Source: Eledone cirrhosa | Lineage: Eukaryota | Assembly (NCBI GenBank): GCA_964016885.1 | Contig: CAXHJY010001229.1 | Coordinates: forward strand, 88,346-152,345 | Direction: 5' to 3' | Length of the DNA stretch: 64,000 bases | Shown: in pieces, positions 55,272-64,000 of the stretch | Position numbering within the stretch: the first letter of the stretch is position 1 | Layout: each line of letters begins with the position of its first letter | Notes under the pieces: model-generated | The model's input: the letters and a program-made list of their open reading frames with translations, nothing else | Told to the model about the DNA's origin: nothing | Database searches by the model: none | Program-made: the position numbers and the translations under genes

Positions 55272-55656
55272 TCAAGGCAGAATTCTAGGAGAAGGAAAAC
55301 TCTGATATAACACCTGCAACCCTGATGGTATCCAATGATGTTGACTTGTTCTTCTTTTTGGTAAATATCATGTTGGTTAAGAGAGTGGGACTGGCTTTGT
55401 GCAGTGCCTTTGCTCACTATAAAAGCTTCACGGCACAGGCATTGCTTTATATCTGGAGATCTCTCTGCACTTGTCCTCACATGGTACCATGGGCCCAGCA
55501 CTATGTGTCAATAATTGTCACAAGTGTTGTGTTTGTACCAGAGGTTTCAAGTCGCTGGCTGGACTAAAAAGTCACACTCGTTCAGCGCTTCGGTAGGGGT
55601 TCTCCTACATGGATATAAAGTAGTGGCCGTACTCGAAAACGAGTTGGCAGCCACCA
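55272..55656. other. Unique ~385-bp insert in the minisatellite, probably repeat-derived, family unknown
   Basis: Complex sequence with sharp (TA)n borders; start CTAGGAGAAGGAAAACTCTGA recalls motifs of RTE-type 5' regions, not verified. Confidence 0.4.
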
Positions 55657-56851
55657 TATATATAGTATGATATATGTATGTATATATATATATATAGTAT
55701 GATATATGTATGTATATATATATATATATATAGTATGATATATGTATGTATATATATATATATATATAGTATGATATATGTATGTATATATATATATATA
55801 TATATATACTATGATATATGTATGTATATATATATATATAGTATGATATATGTATGTATATATATATAGTATGATATATGTATGTATATATATATATATA
55901 GTATGATATATGTATGTATATATATATAGTATGATATATGTATGTATATATATATATAAAGTATGATATATGTATGTATATATATATATATAGTATGATA
56001 TATGTATGTATATATATATATATATAGTATGATATATGTATGTATATATATATATATAGTATGATATATGTATATATATATATGTATATAGTATGATATG
56101 TATATATATATATGTATATAGTATGATATATATATATAGTATGATATATGTATGTATATATATATATATATATATATAGTATGATATATGTATGTATATA
56201 TATATATATATACTATGATATATGTATGTATATATATATAGTATGATGTATATATAGTATGATATATGTATGTATATATATAGTATGATATATGTATATA
56301 TATATATGTATATAGTATGATATATATATATAGTATGATGTATATATAGTATGATATATGTATGTATATATATATATATAGTATGATATATGTATGTATA
56401 TATATATATATAGTATGATATATGTATATATATATATGTATATAGTATGATATATATATATAGTATGATATATGTGTATATATATAGTATGATATATGTG
56501 TATATAGTATGATATATATATATAGTATGATTTATGTATGTATATATATAGTATGATTTATGTATGTATGTATATATATATATAGTATGGTATATATATA
56601 TATATATAGTATGATATATATATATATATATAGTATGATAGATATATATATATATATAGTATGATAGATATATAGATATATATATATATATAGTATGATA
56701 GATATATATATATATATATATATATAGTATGATAGATATATATATATATATAGTATGGTATATATATATATATATAGTATGATATATATATATATATAGT
56801 ATGATAGATATATATATATATATAGTATGATATATATATATATATATATAG

Positions 56852-57904
56852 TGCATGCAACAACATCCCTCTGTGGTGCATGCAACAACATCCCTCACTA
56901 GCTATGCTGATGACACTAAGGTAGCACAGGCAATCAAAAACCCGGCTGACGCTGCCCTTTTACAGCAGGATCTGGATGCCATATACAGATGGGCGGAAGA
57001 AAACAACATGCAGTTTAATGCTGGCAAATTCCAAGCCCTACAATACAAACCTGCAAATACAAACCTGCAAACACAAACACAAATATAGTGGAACACAGCT
57101 ACACAGGACCAGGAGGGACCGATATCCCCGTGTCAAAATCGATACGAGACCTGGGCATAGACATGAGCGATGATGCATCTTTTTCTTCACACATCATGAA
57201 GGTGGCGACAACATGTAGACGATTCGCTGGCTGGATCTTGATGACTTTCCTTACAAGAGATCGAGACACCATGTTGACACTGTGGAGGACTTTTGTCCTA
57301 AGCCGCCTGGACTACTGCTCCCAGCTGTGGTCACCCCATAGTGTCAAACTAACCACGGAGCTTGAGGCAATCCAGCGAAGCTACACCAAGAGGATTGCCA
57401 AGATGAGGGAGACAAGCTACTGGGAGAGGCTGAAGGAACTGAACCTCTACTCCTTGGAGCGAAGACGGGAGAGATACGCAGTGATCTACATGTGGAAAAT
57501 CCTGGAGGGACTAGCACCAAACTTTGGCATTGGGAGCTGGACCAACCGTCGAACAGGACGTCACTGTGTGGTGCCAAAGGTCACGTCTTCCACATCTAGA
57601 ATAAGGAGCAGGTATTGCAATAGCCTGGGATTCAAGGGCCCTCAACTCTTCAACAGGCTGCTGAGGCATCTGAGAGACTTGCATGAGGTGGATGTCTTTA
57701 AGAAACATCTCGACACCTTGTTATCCAGGATCCCGGATGAGCCCACAGCAAGACATGAGGGAAACCTAAGGGCAGCAGCAACAAACTCCCTCCTACACCA
57801 GTGGCCAACCTATACAGGCTGGAGATAAAATGTGTAGCAACAAGGGCGGTGCCCCAGCATGGCCTCAGCCGGATGGCTGAAACAGGTAAAAGAGTAAAAG
57901 AGTA
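56852..57904 (+). mobile_element. 5'-truncated CR1/L2-group LINE (second family) with (GAGTAAAA)n tail
   Basis: SYADDTK...LQQDLDAIYRWAEENNMQFNAGK; RDLGI; SRLDYCSQLWSP; LYSLERRRERY; 3' GGCGGTGCCCCAGCATGGCC...GAAACAGGTAAAAGAGTAAAAGAG. Confidence 0.9.
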
Positions 57905-58129
57905 TAGTATGATATATATATATATATATATAGTATGATATATATATATAGTATGATATATATATATATATATAGTATGATATATATATATATATATAGT
58001 ATGATATGTATATATATAGTATGATATATATATATATAGTATGATATATATATATATATATAGTATGATATATATATATATATAGTATGATATATATATA
58101 TAGTATGATATATATATATATATATATAG

Positions 58130-58333
58130 TTGACATTGCACTCAGTGCTCCTTTGGGAGCCCCTACATGGACACACTAGAAGAGGAAGACCAAGGTTAAC
58201 GTATGTTGATGCTCTAAGGACAGACACTGGTCTGTTGGAGATACAGGACATGGCAGCGATAATGAGGGACAGAGACTGCTGGAGAGAACTCGTCCATGGA
58301 TCTTGGGAATTTTACCTGCCCTAGATAGATAGA
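58130..58333 (+). mobile_element. RTE LINE extreme 3' fragment (third family) with (TAGA)n tail
   Basis: [28 protein letters not shown]...[11 protein letters not shown], homologous to the C-terminus of the 16006-16476 ORF. Confidence 0.85.
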
Positions 58334-59074
58334 TATATATATAGTATGATATATGTATATATAGTATGCTATATGTATATATATATATATATAGTATGCT
58401 ATATGTATATATATAGTATGCTATATGTATATATATAGTATGATATATATATAGTATGGTATATATATAGTATGATATATATATAGTATGATATATATAT
58501 GTATATATATATAGTATGATATATATATGTATATATATATAGTATGATATATATATGTATATATATATAGTATGATATATATATGTATATATATATAGTA
58601 TGATATATATATGTATATATAGTACGATATATATATGTAATTATATATAGTATGATATGTATATATAGTATGATATGTATATATAGTATATGTATATATA
58701 GTATGATATGTATATATAGTATATGTATATATAGTATGATATGTATATATAGTATGATATGTATATATAGTATGATATGTATATATAGTATGATATGTAT
58801 ATATAGTATATGTATATATAGTATGATATATATATATAGTATGATATATATATATAGTATGATATATATATATAGTATGATATATATATATAGTATGATA
58901 TATATATAGTATGATATATATATAGTATGGTATATATATAGTATGATATATATATAGTATGATATATATATGTATATATATATATATAGTATGAGATATA
59001 TATATATAGTATGAGATATATATATGTATATATATATAGTATGAGATATATATAGTATGATATATATACGTATA

Positions 59075-61247
59075 CTTAGCTAGGAGGGAAGCAGAGGATA
59101 GAAAATTCAAGCATGTTTTGCAACGTGAGGACCAGAAACTGGAGGTGTTCAAGATTGCGAGGCAGTGTGTCAGAGAGAGTTGTGATGTCATTGGACAGAA
59201 GTGTATCCGCAATGATAAAGGTGAGCTTGCCCTCACAAGTGCTAAGAAGAAAGATGCATGGAAGAGTCATTATGATAGATTACTAAATGAGGAGAATAAA
59301 TGGGAAGAAGAGATCCTATCCCAAGTAGAGGGGCTAGCAGTACAAGTCAGCAGCAGCGTAAGTAAGGCTATCAAAGATATGAAGATGGGGAAGGCAACCG
59401 GTTCATCGGGTATAGCTGCCGAGATGCTGAAGGCATCTGGGTCTGTAGGTCACACTATAACCACACGTATTGTTAACCAGGTAATACTAGGTGTCATACC
59501 AAAGATTGGTGCAGTAGCATCATTGTCAACTGCTACAAAGGTAAAGGTGATGCACTACATAGAGGTAACTATAGAGATATAAAGCTGATGGACCAGGTCA
59601 TGAAAGTAACAGAAAGAGTTATAGCACAGTTGATTAGGGACCGGGTGAAACTAGACGAGATGCAATTTGGGTTTGTACCAGGAAGAGGCACCACTGATGC
59701 CCTCTTGTCAGGCAGTTACAGGAAAAGTACCTAGCTAAAAGTAAGCCACTCTACCTGGCATTTGTCGATCTTGAGAAAGCCTTTGACAGAGTTCCACGTG
59801 CTGTAATCTGGTGGGCTCTTAGAAAACTAGGAGTAGATGAATGGCTTGTGAAAGCGGTACAAGCCATGTATAGGGGAGCAGTCAGTAAAGTTAGGATTAG
59901 CAATGAGTATAGCGAGGAATTTAGCTTACAGGTTGGGGTCCACCAGGGCTCTGTTCTGAGCCCCCTCCTGTTCATCATAGTCCTGCACGCAATAACGGAG
60001 GAGTTTAAGACCGGATGCCCATGGGAACTCCTGTATGCTGATGACCTCACACTTATAGCTGAATCTATGGTAGAACTAGAGAAGAAATTCCAAACTTGGA
60101 AGCAGGGACTAGAAAGAAAGGGTCTCAAAGTCAACATGACAAAGACTAAGGTCCTTGTAAGTAGACTAGAAAACAGAACCCAGATCCCCTCAGGGAAATG
60201 GCCTTGCTCAGTATGTAGGAAAAGTGTAGGTAGGAACTCCATTCTCTGCCCCAAATGCAAACAATGGGTACACAAGAGATGTAGCAGGATCTCAGGAAGC
60301 TTAATTAAGAATGTAGACTTCACATGCAGCAGCTGTGCTGGGACAGCAAGCGGCAAACAGCCACAGGAAACAAGTACCACCAATCTCTGGGAGGGCTCTG
60401 TAGAAACAGTAGACAGCTTCTGCTACCTAGGTGACCGAATTAGCAGCGGAGGTGGGTGTTCAGAAAGTACAATAAGTAGGGTAAGAACGGGATGGAAGAA
60501 GTTTAGGGAACTACTACCACTGCTAGCTGCAAAAAGCTTCTACCTCAATGAAAGGCAGACTGTATGATGCGTGTATCAGAACAGCGATGTTGCATGATAG
60601 TAAGACCCGGGCGCTGAAGGTGGAAGACTTACGTAGATTAGAGAGAAACGAAGACTGCATGCTCCGATGGATCTGTAATAGTAATATACGCGAACGACAA
60701 AGCATAAGTGAATTGAGTGAGACTGAGCATAAGAGGAATCAAATGCTGTGTGCAGGAGAGGCGGTTGCGTTGATATGGACATGTGATGCGTATGAAGGAT
60801 GACAGCTGCATAAAAAAGTGCAGAGCACTAGAAGTCGATGGAAACCGCGGAGTGGGGAGACCTGGGATGAGGTGATAAAAGCCGACCTTACCCAATTACA
60901 CCTCTCAAAGGCGATGACACACGACTGTGACCTCTGGTGTCACACAGTAATACAGAGTACCCGACCTCTCATGGGTACAAGCTGAAGCATATAGACAATA
61001 TGCCCCCACACCCTCCCACTGCAAAGTGGTCGTGTAGGTGCCACGGAAAAAAGCACCCAGCACTCACTGTAAATGAGGTTGGTGTTAGGAAGGGCATCCA
61101 GCTGTAGAAATCAAGCCAAATCAGTTCCTGTGTGAGCAAGGCATGGTCAGCTGACCAGACACTGCCCACAACAGGACAACCTGTCTAACCCATGCTAGCG
61201 TGAAAGAACGGACGTAAAACAGTGATGATGATGATGATGATGATGAT
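59075..61247 (+). mobile_element. 5'-truncated RTE LINE (PHD-finger family): frameshifted RT, 3' UTR and (GAT)n tail
   Basis: FVDLEKAFDRVPR, GVHQGSVLSPLLFII, LLYADDL, C4HC3 finger at 60205-60336, FCYLGD, MLRWIC; tail at ~61222-61247. Confidence 0.93.
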
Positions 61248-62209
61248 ATATATAGTATGATATATGTATATATATATATATAATATGATATATGTATATA
61301 TATATAGAATGATTCTCTATATATATCATACTATATATATGATATATGTATGTATATATATAGTATGATATAAGCATATATATATACTATGATATATGTA
61401 TGTATATGGTATGATATATGTATATATATAGTATCATATAAGCATATATATATATATACTATGATATATGTATGTATATGGTATGATATATGTATATATA
61501 TAGTATCATATAAGCATATATATATATATATACTATGATATATGTATGTATATAGTATGATATATGTATATATATAGTATGTTATAAGCATATATATATA
61601 TACTATGATATATGTATGTATATGGTATGATATATGTTTGTATATAGTATGATATATGTATGTATATGGTATGATGTATGTATATAGTATGATATATCTA
61701 TATATACAGTATGATACATGTAGTATGATGTATGATATATGTATATATATATAGTATGATATATGTATATATATATATATATAGTATGATATATGTATAT
61801 ATATATATATAGTATGATGTATGATATATGTATATATATATAGTATGATATATGTATATATATATATAGTATGATATATGTATATATATATATATAGTAT
61901 GATATATGTATATATATATATATAGTATGATATATATATATATATATAGTATGATATATGTATATATATATATATATAGTATGATATATGTATATATATA
62001 TATATATATAGTATGATATATGTATATATATATATATAGTATGATATATGTATATATATATATATAGTATGATATATGTATATATATATATATAGTATGA
62101 TATATGTGTATATATATATATAGTATGATATATGTGTATATATATATATATAGTATGATATATGTGTATATATATAGTATGATATATGTATATATATATA
62201 TATATAGTA

Positions 62210-62245
<36 letters not shown>

Positions 62246-62305
62246 TGATATATATATATATATATATAGTATGATATATGTATATATATATAAATAGTAT
62301 GATAT

Positions 62306-63395
62306 ATCATCATCATCATCAACGTTTAACGTCCGTGTTCCACGCTTGCATGGGTTTGGACGGGGGTAGTCCCACTTGAGGCAAGAGTGATTGTCTTGCT
62401 CGCATAGGACTGTCTGGCAGGTTTTCTACAGTTGGATGCCCTTCCTAACACCAACCACATTTACAGTGTGGGTCTGGGAGGTTTTTACCGTGTTGCCTAC
62501 ACGGCCACATTACAGCGTGGACTGTGTGTTTTTTTGTCGTGACACCTACACGATCTCATTTGTTTCGGCCTGGATGGCGCGGCACCAACATAACTTTACA
62601 TAGAACGGGGTGGTGTGGATGGGGTGGGGGTGGTGGCTGGACGGGGTGTATTTTGTTAGAGATGCCTACTGGCAAGGCGGGTCTTCTCTGTTACCGAGTA
62701 CCGCCAAAGGTCACGGTCCAGTGACATTGTCTTGGAGAGGTGTAAGTGTGTGAGGTCGGAGTTTATCAGCTCATCCCATGTTTTTCTAGGTCTGCCTATT
62801 CCGTGGCTACCGTCTATCTTTATTGCCCTGCACTTTGTAATACAGCTATCGACTTTCATGCGCATCACGTGTCCATACCAACGCAGCCTTCTCTCGAGTA
62901 AACAACATCTGATCCCTCTTATCTCTAATTTTTTCCTTAGTTCGTTTATGCTTTGCCGTTCACGTATATTACTGTTACACATCCAGCGGAGCATGCAAGC
63001 TTCGTTCCTCTCTAGTCTGCGTATATCCTCTGCACACAATGCCCAGGTCTCACTACCATGCAACATTGCTGTTCGTATGCAGGCGTCGTACAACCTGCCT
63101 TTCATTTTTAGGGAGAACCCTTTAGCAGCTAATAGTGGTATAAGCTCTCTGAACTTTTTCCAACCAGTTCTGACTCTAGCTACAGTACTTTCAGAGCACC
63201 CTCCCCCACTGATGATTTTATCGCCCAGGTAACGGAAGCTGTCCACTATTTCTATAGAACCCTCTGCGCAATTGAAAGAGCTAGTATTTTGTGGGCACTT
63301 GCTGCTACTTATTGCACCAGAACACCGGCCACATGTAAAGTCTATGTTCTTAGTTAGCTTACCTGTGATCCCACTACATCTTTTATGCACCATAC
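62306..63395 (-). mobile_element. Young 5'-truncated RTE LINE (PHD-finger family), open ORF plus 3' UTR and tail
   Basis: [23 protein letters not shown]...FRYLGD...MLHGSETW...RRLRWYGHV...GRPRKTW with no stops; (CAT)n at 62307-62320. Confidence 0.93.
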
Positions 63396-63486
63396 TTAGC
63401 ATATATATATGTATATATATATAGTATATGTATATATATATATATATAGTATATGTATATATATATATATATGTATATGTATATAG

Positions 63487-63537
<51 letters not shown>

Positions 63538-63538
63538 G

Positions 63539-63576
<38 letters not shown>

Positions 63577-63674
63577 GTATATATATATGTATATATATAT
63601 GTATATATATATGTATATATATATGTATATATATATGTATATGTATATGTATATATATATAGTATATATATATG

Positions 63675-63705
<31 letters not shown>

Positions 63706-63772
63706 GTATATATATATGTATATATATATGTATATATATATGTATATATATATGTATATATATATGTATATA

Positions 63773-63839
<67 letters not shown>

Positions 63840-63882
63840 ATATATATATACATATATATATAATATATATATACATATATAT

Positions 63883-63930
<48 letters not shown>

Positions 63931-63937
63931 TATAATA

Positions 63938-64000
<63 letters not shown>

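Overview
This is repeat-rich animal genomic DNA, not prokaryotic. It is probably a cephalopod mollusc (octopus-like), inferred from the SINE/LINE families and (TA)n/(CAT)n content. Positions 1-9250 are an 82/87-bp satellite whose unit is built from short inverted repeats. Positions ~9.3-46.3 kb are a patchwork of decayed retroelements (RTE, CR1-group, Tx1/L1-like, tRNA-derived SINEs) and DNA elements (TTAA MITEs, a Helitron-like element, an end-to-end Chapaev3-like transposon). Two unrelated inverted-repeat elements (24.8-25.7 kb, 43.3-43.6 kb) carry a minimal Penelope-type hammerhead ribozyme motif in each arm. The only host gene I recognise is coding exon 1 of UBE2K (46578-46643, +), which the ORF track misses. 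Its first intron is a >16-kb TAGTATGA(TA)n minisatellite containing nine inserts, mostly LINE 3' fragments in the same orientation. The dominant RTE family has a C4HC3 (PHD-type) zinc finger inserted inside its reverse transcriptase. Most long ORFs in the track are artefacts of low-complexity repeats. Family names come from motif recognition only, and boundaries of decayed repeats are approximate.
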